A DNA stretch of 63,744 bases, counting the filler, from Octopus bimaculoides (Eukaryota): the NCBI RefSeq assembly GCF_001194135.2. It is 5 parts of 4 records of this genome, joined end to end, with 100 filler letters (N's around TTAATTAATTAA, not from the genome) between each part and the next. Parts side by side here need not be neighbours in the genome. Positions count along the whole stretch, not along the records: positions 39,914 to 56,183 come from NC_068991.1; positions 56,284 to 63,744 come from NC_068985.1; 3 more parts are not named here. The stretch is one strand, 5' to 3'. The first letter of the stretch is position 1. Every line of letters starts with the position of its first letter. The position numbers and the translations under genes are program-made. Of this stretch, positions 49,433-61,617 are shown one piece after another. A model generated the notes under the pieces. It was not told the DNA's origin, did no database searches, and worked only from the letters and a program-made list of their open reading frames with translations.

Positions 49433-49682
49433 AGTCTGTCAGACGAGGCCTGATGAATGCCAATAGGCATGAAAGTGCGTACTAGCCTTTATATATTTAA
49501 TTCTCTATATTTAATACTCAATATTTCATATGTTCAATAAGACATTCAATACTTCATTTCATTTTACTATTTATATCATATTATATTATATATTCCATAT
49601 TCTATATCCCAGATTAATTTTATAGGGATATAAATAAAACATAAAAAACAGAGTTGGAACTCTTTTAAATAATATATATATA
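49433..49682 (+). mobile_element. Hammerhead-bearing repeat family 2, second copy
   Basis: Homologous to the reverse complement of 35365-35619. Confidence 0.85.
49445..49489 (+). ncRNA. Type I hammerhead ribozyme motif
   Basis: GAGGC-CUGAUGA-AUGCC-AAUA-GGCAU-GAAA-GUGCGUAC-UA|GCCUU; differences from the 35.6 kb copy keep pairing (G.U) and the NUH rule (CUA). Confidence 0.88.
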
Positions 49683-50866
49683 CTAGCAGAAATACCCGGC
49701 TTTGCCCGGGTTAAAGAGAATAATGAAATCTAAAAACGCCGTCTAGACTACGCAACCCTCAACTGTTAGTAGCTACGATACCATATTTCTGCATTAATAA
49801 CTCTCCAATCCATGCCAGCATGGAACATAGACATTAAGTGGAATGCCAGTCTCTCATCTAGGCGGGCCTTGAAATCAATGTTACCAACTGGGGACTATGT
49901 GTGTCGTAGTGATAATAAAAAGACCCAAAGGATGTCTGCAACGAAATAATTTTACTCAACACTTTGCAAGTGAATCAGTGGAGGCAAAGATGCGTCTCAT
50001 TTACTTGACAATTTATGCACNNNNNNNNNNNNNNNNNNNNNNNNNNNNNNNNNNNNNNNNNNNNNNNNNNNNNNNNNNNNNNNNNNNNNNNNNNNNNNNN
50101 NNNNNNNNNNNNNNNNNNNNNNNNNNNNNNNNNNNNNNNNNNNNNNNNNNNNNNNNNNNNNNNNNNNNNNNNNNNNNNNNNNNNNNNNNNNNNNNNNNNN
50201 NNNNNNNNNNNNNNNNNNNNNNNNNNNNNNNNNNNNNNNNNNNNNNNNNNNNNNNNNNNNNNNNNNNNNNNNNNNNNNNNNNNNNNNNNNNNNNNNNNNN
50301 NNNNNNNNNNNNNNNNNNNNNNNNNNNNNNNNNNNNNNNNNNNNNNNNNNNNNNNNNNNNNNNNNNNNNNNNNNNNNNNNNNNNNNNNNNNNNNNNNNNN
50401 NNNNNNNNNNNNNNNNNNNNNNNNNNNNNNNNNNNNNNNNNNNNNNNNNNNNNNNNNNNNNNNNNNNNNNNNNNNNNNNNNNNNNNNNNNNNNNNNNNNN
50501 NNNNNNNNNNNNNNNNNNNNNNNNNNNNNNNNNNNNNNNNNNNNNNNNNNNNNNNNNNCTCTCTCTCTGAAAGAATCTGTCATTACAGTATCGAAATGTG
50601 ATTGTTTCAGTTAGTAGAATAGTTTCATTTTTAAAGTGAAAGTATTTGACATGAGTGTTTTTGTTTCACTTTTGACACGTAATACTTAAATAGTGGAGGA
50701 GATATTATGTTGCTGTGGGCTCGAACTCTGCAAGAAGTTAAAATTTTTTTTGACTAAAATACCACTGGAACCCTAAGTAAGGCATCTGTAAAGTTTGAAT
50801 GAAATTGGTTGCGTAGTTCTCGAGTTTTAGGGATTCACACACACAGACAGACAGACACACATTCTC

Positions 50867-50904
<38 letters not shown>

Positions 50905-50909
50905 GTAAA
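49683..50909 (-). mobile_element. Non-autonomous Helitron (Lep1/HINE-like architecture), spanning a gap
   Basis: Minus-strand 3' end CCCGG-gcaaag-CCGGG hairpin, then CTAG|T; 5' end with (TA)n and (TCTG)/(TG) repeats matching 34830. Joining across the gap is inferred. Confidence 0.75.
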
Positions 50910-50999
50910 TTTAGGTGCTATTTTATTCCAGTTCCTGGCCTAGATGGACAGGCATTAAACCGGTTTCTCTTTGAAATGAATTTGGAGTAAGAATGCCTA

Positions 51000-52130
51000 A
51001 AGGTTTGTAATTGTCATATTGTTGTTTGGGGGTGAGTAGAAAAAGCTTCTTCACTCCCGCTCAAAATATTAACGAACAGGGTGAGTAGCTTAAATTTCTC
51101 TGTTGTACACATTTGGTAATATCTACTGCAACCGTTGCATGGCTTCGCATTTAGAGTTTTACTCCACTTGATTGCAGGTGGTATCGTTATTTTTCTGTCC
51201 TATGAATACCAAATATTCATTGGTAATGCTGTGGATATTCATCTGCTTATCTGTTAGCAAGCTCGATGTATATGTGCATCAGCTCGAAGCACTAACTTCA
51301 ACATGTATTCATCAGTATCCTTATGTATTCATCATTACCTCTACAGCTATATTTGTGTTAGGATAATTGCGTAGTAATTCTGGATAATTTATAATAACAG
51401 TTAATATAAATACTGGCATCTATAAGAAGAATGGAAGTGTGTCCTTAGGAATTTTACGAAAAATAGCACTATATCTGAGGAGACCTTTATATTGTATGGT
51501 AAGTTTAAACCTTATAATTTTCTTGTTTCATCGATTAGTGTTTGAATAGGTTTATATGCGTTAGCTTCTCATTGAAATCCCCGCTTCTTAATGAACTTAT
51601 ATAGCATGGGTATGCTTCAACAAAAGATATGGGTAGTACTTACCTTTATTCGGCTTTTGTGTAATGCCTGTGAAATTTACTGTTTTAAGTTTAGTGTCTA
51701 TTTTAATCAGTAGATTAATCCACTTAAATATGTTAATTAGTGTTTTTCTACATTTGTCCGTATCGTGTCTGTTCATATTGGATGCAGCAATGCCTGTATT
51801 GGCCTAGATTGGTGTCTTACGCATCATATTTGTGTGTTTTTTTAACCCAGAGGAAATTATCATAAAATAATGACTTCTTCGCCTTCATTATTATGTTGAA
51901 GTACGAGTCAGTTGTAGTTGTGTATATTTGATAAACCGTATTCCAGAACATCAACTTTGGTGAATCCGCGAATGAATTTTGTCAGCGGTACGCTTTATAT
52001 GTGATAGCGAAACTATTACAAATCCATTGGTATAAGTTTCTTACAAACTTATCTTCTGGAATCTAATGGTTTGCTGCCTTTGTCTATTTCTTTTTTACAT
52101 AGAGTTAATCAGTATACATTAATAAAATGC
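51000..52130 (-). mobile_element. Decayed Penelope-like element (RT plus C-terminal GIY-YIG region), copy 2
   Basis: Minus frames: IIMKAKKSLFYDNFLWVKK, LGQYRH, DKCRKTLINIFK...LKTVNFTGIT...GKYYPY, STALPMNIWY...IKWSK...AKP...MCTTEK; many stops and frameshifts. Confidence 0.75.
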
Positions 52131-52689
52131 ATTATAACGTTATACGTATGACTCTTTAGCATTAAATACAGCCGTCGTGAACTGAAGCATCCACCATAAA
52201 CTTCTATTTTTAACTATAAGCCCTTTCACATTGTCCTCCCTTATGTTGTATGATAGCTAGTCTTCTCATATGTAAAAGATATTTTGTCTAATAATAATTT
52301 GCTGTGTGTATTTCAGTTAAGCTCATGGAAATTTTCACTATATACTTGCATGGATATCATGCTACAACGTTTAAAACGTACCAACTGACTGTCACATATT
52401 TAACATCTTGTCACTATGTTTACGCTCACAGTATGAAAGGCTGCAAAAACGAAAAATGGCGACATTGAATTCAGAATTTTTTGTGTCAAATATGCGAATT
52501 TTATATTTGAATGCACGGATTTTATATTTGAAGTTTAAATTTGAATTCAAAAAATTGTATAACCATTCAACAGCTAGGCTTTTTTTTTGTTTTTGTAATA
52601 TGCAAGCACACTTAGATCAAATATTTAACGCAGTCAATATCTAAACTATTAAATTAAAGAATTACACATTTACGATGAAACAGCCCAAT

Positions 52690-53366
52690 TATAATAGATC
52701 ACTTTTAGTTTGTTTAGTTCAATTGATGTGGATTTCTTATATTTGACAGATATTTATGGAAATAGTTACATTTCTTATAACTTCTTGCTTTCAAATAATT
52801 ACTGGAAATTTTTATGTCATTCAATCTTATCCTTTCTTCTGTTGTACAACTTTTGCGTGTTTCCAACTCATTAAGGTACGAGCTGCTCTTCCATAGCATT
52901 TTCCATTGATATCCAAACCAACAGTACACTCTTTCAAATGTTAGATGTAACTCCACAATGTCTGATGTTTGAATGAACCATGACAATGCGTAAAGCAAGC
53001 TTCCTACATACCTTTGCAATACTTATGCCGTGTAGAATGGTTATATTTAAGATATAAATGACTTCTGTTTGATATAATATTGCTTCCGCATTGCAAGACT
53101 GATCAAGTGGACATGCATTTGTATTTCTACATATGATTGTAGCCTACGTTAATTTACATTCGTGATTAATGACAGTTTCCGGTGAAGCGTTTTCTGTGGA
53201 AGTTGCAAATAGAAAATATTTAGTAATATTTTACTTAATGTTTGTGGGAAAAAAAGGGTTTGAGCTAATAATCCTATAGGATCTCTTAGTATTACAAGGT
53301 GGGAGTCTGCAGTTGTCGATACTCTTATTTTTGCAGAAACAGTTAACGCAATTTTGTGTGTGTGTG

Positions 53367-53443
<77 letters not shown>

Positions 53444-54020
53444 ATGCATATATGACGGGCTTCTTTTAGTTTCTGTCTACCGATTCCACTCACAAGGCTT
53501 TGGTCGTCCCGAGGCTATAGAAGAAAATACCCAAGGTGCCACACAGTGTGGTTTGAGTCCGGAACCATGTGGTTGGGAAGCAAACTTCTTACTACCCACC
53601 CAATCCTGCGCCTATGGAAAGATTTAGAAATCGAAGGATAAACGTCGACAATGTCGAATTTACTAAACTTACAATCGTTTGTTGCTAGCACTTATAAATT
53701 ATAGCATTACCGTTATTCTATTTCTGGAATCTATTTGCTTTCAGAACGCTTTTATCAATAATCCTTATGATAGTGTTCATTACTAATCCTATTTCGCTTT
53801 TCATTTTCGTTATTAATTAACATAGATTTGATACGCAACAGTATTATTTTTGTGATCATTTATTGTGATATACGATTCACATTTAACTTACCATTTAAAC
53901 GTATTATCAACTTACTATTTTAGTTGAATTGCTTACTGAGATTTTAGATCATTCCGTTTTCACAAGTCTTTTTGTAATTTGGGGTAATATTTATTATGCA
54001 ATTGTTTGTAGGTAATAATT
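52690..54020 (-). mobile_element. Decayed Penelope-like element, copy 1, interrupted by a SINE and (TG)n
   Basis: Minus frames: YITINDHKNN, KSEIGLV, FSKFDIVDVYPSIS (about 53620-53900); RIISSNPFFPTNIK*NITKYFL, CRNTNACPLDQSCNAEAILYQTEV, HGSFKHQTLWSYI*HLKE (52700-53330). Confidence 0.78.
53450..53612 (-). mobile_element. SINE family B head
   Basis: gacgggcttcttttagtttctgtctacc...ggaaccatgtggttgggaagcaaac. Confidence 0.9.
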
Positions 54021-54839
54021 TATTAAGTTCGTTATTAGTGACCCTCCTTGATCAATAGCAGCCCATCTTCTGGTCGTCATCTTGGACTTCTGAGACCTCT
54101 CCATTCATCTAGCCATTCCAGAAGCCTGGAGAAGACAGGTTCCTTTAGGGGCCTGCAAACCTTGAGGTAGCACGGAAACCGAAACAAACTTTTAAATTAT
54201 ATATTTATATAAATTATTTATTATATAAATTATATATTATATAAATTATATAAATTATTATATGTTGTTGACATCATTTCAAAGAAAAGTTACCACGCTT
54301 TATTTGGTGGGGGGGGGGGTTAAACTGTCGTTGGCTCTTGAATTGTATAAGCTCTGAAGAAAAGATATATCTATTCTATGGACTGAGTCTTTGCTTATCG
54401 GATCAGAAACATGTGCCCAGGTTTTATTTTCTCTTAGCACATTGGTAAAAAAAANNNNNNNNNNNNNNNNNNNNNNNNNNNNNNNAAAAAAAAAAAAAAA
54501 AAAAAAAGAGAGAAGAAAACGTGTTCCCTGGCCTTCAAATGCTTCCAGCTGAACAAATCTAATTTCCACTCTTCTCTCCTTCAACTCGGGTGCCGAGGTG
54601 TCCACTTCACACAAACTTTTCAATATCTAACATTTTTTTCTAAAGCATTACTATCATATTGTGACTACAGTCCAGTTGCTCGGTAAGTTTGTGGATTGTG
54701 ATTCACCTGTCCACGCGAATGTATTCGTCCACTTGCAGGTGATTCGCGTCAGAGTCAGAAGTTTATGGCCACTGAGTAGTTTGTCTGTAATATTGGTTTA
54801 TCTGTAATGTTAGTTTGTCTTCAATATTGGTTTTCCTAT

Positions 54840-55025
54840 ACGGCGGTGAACTGGCAGAATCGCCTGGCAAAATGCTTTGCGGTATTTCGTTCGTCCTTAC
54901 GTTCTTTATTCAAATTCTGCCGAGGTCGATTTTGTCTCTCATCCTTTCGGAGTCGATAAAATAAGTACCAACTGACTTAGCCTCACCCCAAAACCTACTG
55001 GGTTTGTACCAAAATTTGAAACCAA
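54840..55025 (+). mobile_element. SINE family A with an imperfect ~16-bp TSD
   Basis: ggcggtgaactggcagaatc...; flanks caatattggttttcct and caatgttggtttgccct. Confidence 0.85.
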
Positions 55026-55852
55026 TGTTGGTTTGCCCTTCTTTAAACTTGTTTGCCTGTCTGTATAATGATGCTCTTCACAGTGGTATTATTTTCTTTA
55101 ACAAACTGTAGTCTTCTCTGGATGTCGGACACCCTGCACTCCTCCTTCATCAATGGTAATATGTTGCTCCAGCTTGGAGGTAGTGCTGGATGAACCACTG
55201 AGCAAAATAATATATATTAGCGACAGAGGCAGTATCAATACCGAGAGGTATTACTTTTAAAAATAAGCACATACTTAGGGCATCAAGGTAAGGGGGAACC
55301 ACAAAAATGGTAAATGGTGTAAGGCACAAAAGAAATAACATTAAAATTGTTAAAATAATATTCGGGATGTCTTATCTCTTCTAAGCATCGAAACGAATGT
55401 GTCACGTATGATTAATTTTCAGGATCTGGTCAAAGACTTTGCAATCGAAAAGTAGGAGAAAGCTAGTAGAAGTATACAAAAATAAACATTATTTTCCATT
55501 TGGCTATTAGTTTTGTTTCATTTTGAAAATTAAAACGTATTTTATGGTTTATCATTGCTTATATTTTGAATTACATATATATGGGGCCACCAAAATTTTT
55601 AAGTGCTTGGGGCCTCAATGGGTTGTAATCGAGCCCTGCTTGGAGGCCATTGTTTGCCAGTAGTAAAGAACAACAAGATTTAGTATAGAAAAGTCATTCT
55701 ACTAACACGTGCAATGTGAACGGCCATGTTAGGTAAAAAAAAAATAATAGTTACGCCCATTTGCGCATTACTTTCGGTGCAGCACTCAACTCTATTTGAT
55801 GGTAACCGATATAAATGTACTTGACTGGCTGGTCGGTTTTTCCAAATAGGTG

Positions 55853-56152
55853 ACGGCGCGAAGTTTAGAGGTTGGGGTATTCGGCTCACGTTCGTAAGGT
55901 CGTGAGTTCGGTTCCCGGTGGCTTGTTGTGTCCTTGAGCAAGACACTTTATTTCACATTGCTCCAGTCCACTCAGCTGATAAAAACGAGTTGTATCTGTA
56001 TTTCATAGGATCGGCCGTGTTACATTCCGTGTCACGCTGAATCTCCCTTAGAACTATCTTATGAGTACGCATGTCTGTGGAGTACTCAGTCACAAGCAGG
56101 ATGTTCCGGTGAACTGATTGACTGGAGGACTGGTCATTATAACCGACGAAAT
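55853..56152 (+). mobile_element. SINE with a family E head and core and a family D 3' half
   Basis: gtccttgagcaagacactttatttcac as at 31.2 kb, then gtgtcacgctgaatctccc...gtctgtggagtactcag as at 16.4 kb. Confidence 0.8.
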
Positions 56153-56283
56153 GCTTTTTTTTTATTTCTCTAGTCACGCTTTANNNNNNNNNNNNNNNNN
56201 NNNNNNNNNNNNNNNNNNNNNNNNNNNTTAATTAATTAANNNNNNNNNNNNNNNNNNNNNNNNNNNNNNNNNNNNNNNNNNNN

Positions 56284-56881
56284 TATATACGAGACTAAAA
56301 TCCAGTCGAAGCAGTGGAAGTATGATAACTCACCACCTCCAAAGAAGGCTCGTGTCCAGCCCTCAGCAGGCGAGGTGATGGTCACAGTTTTTTGAGACCA
56401 GCGCAGAGTAGTGATGATGGATTTTCTGGTAAAGGACACCATAATTAATTATGCTTTCCTGCTGCAGAAATTGCGGGACGCCATCAAAGCAGAGAGGCGT
56501 GGCATGTTGACCAAAAGGAGTCCGTCTCCTCCTTCTAGACAATGCCCCAGTTCACAATGCGCTTGCTGCCCAGATGATGGCACACTCCTGCAGCTAGGAG
56601 ATCCTTCCTCGTCCCCTTTATTCTCCTCGACTTCGCACCATCTGACTTCCACCTCTTTCCAGTCTTTTTTGAAGGGGAACAACTTTTCGGATGATCATGA
56701 ACTTATTTCCGAGGTAAAGTCATGGTTCCAGATGCAACTTACCGAATTCTACAGACGAGGTCTTCACAGCTGCGTAAATCGATGCGTGGCTAAGTAGAGA
56801 AGGAATAATAATTATGCCAAGTTTCGTTTATCCCAGGCCTTGGGAAGTGGGTCAGGGTAAATCTTTAATGAACACCCCTCG
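56284..56881 (+). mobile_element. Mariner transposon, 3' half with TIR
   Basis: ETKIQSKQWKYDNSPPPKKARVQPSAGEVMVTVF*D...LQKLRDAIKAERRGMLTK...DNAPVH...FSDDHELISEVKSWF; terminus ...tttaatgaacacccctcg-TA. Confidence 0.9.
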
Positions 56882-56909
56882 TATACATACATACATACAT
56901 ACATACATA

Positions 56910-57175
56910 TCGAAACGCGGAGTAGATAAAACAGGGGAAAACTGATGAAGGGATCGTTCTTTATGTTGTCTGTCTCGTTTCTCTATTTGTTTCTTTCGTT
57001 GTTCGAAAAAAAGTTCGTTTTCTATGTTTTTTTATGTTCTCGTTTCTCTTCTTGTTCACGTTTTTTGATGTCCTGTACCCATATATGCATGTATGTATAC
57101 ATATATATGTAAGTATGTACATATATGCATGTATATATGCATATACTTATATATTATTTATATTATTATTATATA
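56910..57175 (+). mobile_element. Dispersed repeat family 4, second copy
   Basis: Homologous to the reverse complement of 20121-20345. Confidence 0.65.
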
Positions 57176-57189
57176 TATATATGTATATT

Positions 57190-57289
<100 letters not shown>

Positions 57290-58099
57290 CGTGTGTGCGT
57301 GCGTGCGTGTGTGTGTACATACATACATAGATTACAATTATGGGTTTCAAATAGTTCAGAACTGCTGATAAATTCTTAGAATCGTTCTTATACTCAGATT
57401 TATTCAATCCATGGAAAATGTTTGACAAAAGAATATGAAAAGAGAAAAAGTATAGAATATGACGATGACCGTCAGGTATTTCATAAAATGGATGATGATG
57501 ATGATGATGATGACGATCGGGTAAGGGGGAGGAAGAAGAGGTTAGGAAGATGATGGTGGTGGTGATGTTAATTATGAAAATCTCTAATGATCAACGTCAG
57601 ATCATTAAGACGTACACAATGAATGATTTCCTCTTTAGAAAGATATTTCCTCTTTAGAAAGATATTTCCTCCATTTCAACCCTATTTCTTGCTATTTTAA
57701 CATTAATCGTGTTCTAGTTTGTTTTTGCTTTGTTCTTCTTCTTATTTTTATTGTTTGCTAATTAGTCCGGTCTTATTATCGCTTGTTATGGCATACTTAA
57801 GTTTTTCATAACAGTTGACTTCCATTTTTTAACAGCACCGGAAATAGAAATTATTTCATGGAATCAATTGATTAACCATAAAAGGCAACGCAAGAATTGC
57901 TATGACAAGGCATTTTCCATTTCCTAACCGCATTATTCGCAGAGAAATAAACTATTGACCAGAAATTTATTGATTAAAAGCTATGAATGAAAGATGACCA
58001 TGAAAGATGTAGAATAAAGCGAGTTTGTGAAACAAGATTCACTGAAACCATAACTATGAAGTATTTATTGTGGTATGTTTCTAAATGAGAAGCTAAGAG

Positions 58100-58170
58100 C
58101 ACCGTTCCCCAACCATTTTTGTACCATGAAACCGTTTCATGTAAAACGATTTTTCCACTGACCGGAGTGT
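58100..58170. mobile_element. hAT (Charlie/MER1-like) terminal fragment
   Basis: caccgttccccaaccatttttgtaccatgaaaccgtttcatgtaaaacgatttttccactgacc resembles Charlie-type ends from memory; unverified. Confidence 0.4.
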
Positions 58171-58439
58171 TGCGAGCATAACATAACACAATAAAATTCA
58201 TTATATATAATTTAGATGCGAATGGTTTTGTTATACGGTGCCGTGTTATACAATCCTGTAAATAATAATATTGGTATTTTTATATAAGTTTAAAGCTTAT
58301 GCCGATCACCGTGCAATGACTAAGGAAAATAGTCTAATAAAGGGGCATATAAGACCCCAACAGAAAAAAAGAAGGCTTTCCTATCAATTATTCCGTTTTA
58401 TAATACATATTTATTATTAAATACATAACAGATATATTA

Positions 58440-58757
58440 CAGTAATCTACGAGACCATCGGATGTTGTTATACACCGCTGGTCACAATGTGCTTCCAGTT
58501 CTGTCTTGAATGTGCCATTCTTTTCCATCTTGACTCAAATCACTTAACTAAATTGTCTTCCCATGGTCATGGAGCCCTTCCAAGTAACCTTTTCCGATCC
58601 CTTGGATACTATTCAGCAACTGCACGGGTCCATCTGTTCTCTGTGGACCTTGTGACATGTCCGGCTCAGAGGAACTTGTGCCTCTGATATTCTGTGATCA
58701 CATCGTTCACTCTTCTCAAATCCCTTATCAAATCAACTCATTTCGAATATATTCTCG
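58440..58757 (-). mobile_element. RTE-clade LINE 3' fragment
   Basis: Minus translation KFL*AGHVTRSTENRWTRAVAE*YPRDRKRLLGRAP*PWED...WKRMAHSRQNWK, the typical RTE C-terminal WAGHV/RW/GRP pattern. Confidence 0.85.
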
Positions 58758-58771
58758 ATTCCAAGCAGTAA

Positions 58772-58841
<70 letters not shown>

Positions 58842-58842
<1 letters not shown>

Positions 58843-59396
58843 GCCCTGATGTAGTACCAGGCAGTGGCTCTCATGGCTTCTGATCTTAACTGATTGGAAG
58901 TGTTATCATGTACATTGTTTTGTCTTGGTATAAAAGATGGGCTACAGCAAATATTCTGCTCAATACCACAGATTTGCTTGTCAGTTGTTTGACCATAACC
59001 AGTTGAGCATGTCCCTTGGTGGCTGACAATATGTGCATCTCTGATCACCAGCAGAAGTAGTGGGGGAGCATCATAGCCATGTGTTGAGAGGAATTCTTTG
59101 GGGTTTGAATAATTCACCTTTGGAAACATGGGTGTTTTGTTCAACATCCTTAAACAACCCTTATTCAAGGACCTTTTGAGCGATATGGGCTACTCGACCT
59201 GAAGAAAATTCTAACTGGGCCACACCAGCAAGGTGATGCGCTGTATATCTTGATATGAAATCACCATGTCGTGCACATATGGTTGTGATGCATGTGCCTG
59301 GTGTACCCTTATCAGACGGGTAGTCATGATGGGTATAATGGGCTTCGTATATTTTACCCCAGTGTCACTTTGATGGCATGCACTGCTCTCTCACTC
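58842..59396 (+). mobile_element. ~555-bp non-coding insertion bounded by (AAT)n on both sides
   Basis: Abrupt transitions (AAT)n-atgccctgatg and ctctctcactc-(AAT)n; no ORF or recognisable Pol III head. Confidence 0.65.
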
Positions 59397-59436
<40 letters not shown>

Positions 59437-60299
59437 NNNNNNNNNNNNNNNNNNNNNNNNNNNNNNNNNNNNNNNNNNNNNNNNNNNNNNNNNNNNNNNN
59501 NNNNNNNNNNNNNNNNNNNNNNNNNNNNNNNNNNNNNNNNNNNNNNNNNNNNNNNNNNNNNNNNNNNNNNNNNNNNNNNNNNNNNNNNNNNNNNNNNNNN
59601 NNNNNNNNNNNNNNNNNNNNNNNNNNNNNNNNNNNNNNNNNNNNNNNNNNNNNNNNNNNNNNNNNNNNNNNNNNNNNNNNNNNNNNNNNNNNNNNNNNNN
59701 NNNNNNNNNNNNNNNNNNNNNNNNNNNNNNNNNNNNNNNNNNNNNNNNNNNNNNNNNNNNNNNNNNNNNNNNNNNNNNNNNNNNNNNNNNNNNNNNNNNN
59801 NNNNNNNNNNNNNNNNNNNNNNNNNNNNNNNNNNNNNNNNNNNNNNNNNNNNNNNNNNNNNNNNNNNNNNNNNNNNNNNNNNNNNNNNNNNNNNNNNNNN
59901 NNNNNNNNNNNNNNNNNNNNNNNNNNNNNNNNNNNNNNNNNNNNNNNNNNNNNNNNNNNNNNNNNNNNNNNNNNNNNNNNNNNNNNNNNNNNNNNNNNNN
60001 NNNNNNNNNNNNNNNNNNNNNNNNNNNNNNNNNNNNNNNNNNNNNNNNNNNNNNNNNNNNNNNNNNNNNNNNNNNNNNNNNNNNNNNNNNNNNNNNNNNN
60101 NNNNNNNNNNNNNNNNNNNNNNNNNNNNNNNNNNNNNNNNNNNNNNNNNNNNNNNNNNNNNNNNNNNNNNNNNNNNNNNNNNNNNNNNNNNNNNNNNNNN
60201 NNNNNNNNNNNNNNNNNNNNNNNNNNNNNNNNNNNNNNNNNNNNNNNNNNNNNNNNNNNNNNNNNNNNNNNNNNNNNNNNNNNNNNNNNNNNNNNNNNN

Positions 60300-60493
60300 A
60301 ACAAAAACACCAGGACTTACAAATATATATAACATACAGAAAATTGCACTACTGGGCACTGCACACATCCTACGCAAAACACTTTCAATACAGTAACCAT
60401 AAGAGGATCACAGCAAACCACAGCACATACCCAAGGCACACAGAGCTGCGCTCGGTAGTGAAGTGAAAGCACGTGAAAAAAATAAAACTACTG
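60300..60493 (+). mobile_element. 3' end of an R4/Dong-like LINE with an (AAT)n tail
   Basis: TKTPGLTNIYNIQKIALLGTAHILRKTLSIQ* matches the C-terminus at 41.4 kb (LMGTVHILRKILTM*). Confidence 0.85.
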
Positions 60494-60563
60494 AATAATA
60501 ATAATAATAATAACATTGAAAAATACATTAGGAATGAGAACCCAGGTTCGAAATTTTCCCAAA

Positions 60564-60609
60564 GACACCTGATGAAGGTTGGAGAGTATATCAGCCGAAA
60601 CGTTGTGTT
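60564..60609 (+). ncRNA. Minimal type I hammerhead ribozyme motif
   Basis: GACAC-CUGAUGA-A-GGUUG(10-nt loop)CAGCC-GAAA-CGU-U|GUGUU; the C-to-U change versus the 21 kb copy retains a U.G pair. Confidence 0.8.
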
Positions 60610-60994
60610 AACAACAAACAAGAAGAGGACAAATATCCGTCAAATGTAAACAATGTAAATAATGTAAAGAATGTATGCTCTGGTAATGTTATTCTTGACA
60701 GCTAAAACAACAGATATTACATGATACATATTTACGATGTAAAATCACACGGAGGATGGCGAGGGTTCATAAAATAGAAACAGAGATTAAAAATGTTATT
60801 ACTTCTGTACAGTCCGGCACAAAACGATTCACAACCCTGTACAGGTCTGCGGCTCAGAGATTAACGACTCCGGCTTAAAAGGATTTGTTTGACATAAGCA
60901 TCCTTAATTTGGTGTGCATTCTGATAATGAAATACCAATTTGGTCACATTTGATACAGTATATTGGATCTCTGTTCTTACAGTTGGTATATGTA

Positions 60995-61198
60995 TTAGGT
61001 TGGTGCATAATTATTGCGGCTTTTTTTCAATAAATTTTATTCAACAAAAAATTTGAACAAAACGCCAAGCAGAAATTGAAGTAGATGGTGAATATGCTCA
61101 GGAATAATCATTTAAAGATGTTTTAGTTAAATGTTGTTATTGCTTTTGTTGAATAAAATTTATTGTAAAAAAGCCGCAATAATTTTGCACTAACCCAA
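60995..61198. mobile_element. Mariner-derived MITE with ~55-bp TIRs and TA duplication
   Basis: TA-ttaggttggtgcataattattgcggctttttt...aaaaaagccgcaataattttgcactaacccaa-TA; interior encodes a transposase-like C-terminus QAEIEVDGEYAQE*. Confidence 0.9.
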
Positions 61199-61257
61199 TA
61201 TTTGTAAATATTTGTCTCCTGGTCTTTGTGTTAATATGATGATCGATTACATTTGAA

Positions 61258-61617
61258 ATGGATAACCAAAAATTTCATATTCGCGTTGTAATGCTATTCT
61301 TTTTTAAAAAACGGAGAAAATGCTGCAAAGACTTGCAAAAACATTTGTGAAGTTTGAGGTGATAATGCTGGAAGTGAATCAACTGTTCGAAGGTGGTTTG
61401 CAAAATTTAAAGCTGGAGAGTTTAGCTTCGAAGAAGACAGTCGCAGTGGAAGACCTTCAAAATTGGATGAAAATATTTTGAAAGCAAAAATCGAAGACAA
61501 CTCATATATCAAGATTAAAGAACTTGCAGAGGAGCTGGGAGTTTCTAAAAGTACGGTTCATGAAGTCTATTCCGTTTTGCATATCAAAAAACGCTCAGAA
61601 CTTTCTGGACAACCTAA
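61258..61617 (+). mobile_element. Internally deleted mariner: DNA-binding domain joined to a TIR
   Basis: MDNQKFHIRVVMLFF..NGENAAKTCKNICEV*GDNAGSESTVRRWFAKFKAGEFSFEEDSRSGRP...ELAEELGVSKSTVHE, then cagaactttctggacaacctaa-TA. Confidence 0.85.

Larger units (their letters stand above)
58756..60674 (+). mobile_element. Family 1 hammerhead element split within its (AAT)n by nested insertions
   Basis: 5' piece cgattccaagcagtaacctga at 58756-58776; 3' piece aacattgaaaaatacattaggaatgagaacccagg...aatgtaaagaatgt at about 60511-60674. Confidence 0.7.

Noticed and set aside
50950-50998. Hammerhead-like relic at the 3' end of the Penelope-like copy (AGGCAUU/AAUGCCU helix, GAAAC-CG-GU)
   Set aside because: The CUGAUGA core and helix II are absent; it may be a relic but cannot be called.
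56910-56960. cgaaacgcg and ctgatgaag near the start of family 4
   Set aside because: The motifs are in the wrong order and there are no supporting helices.
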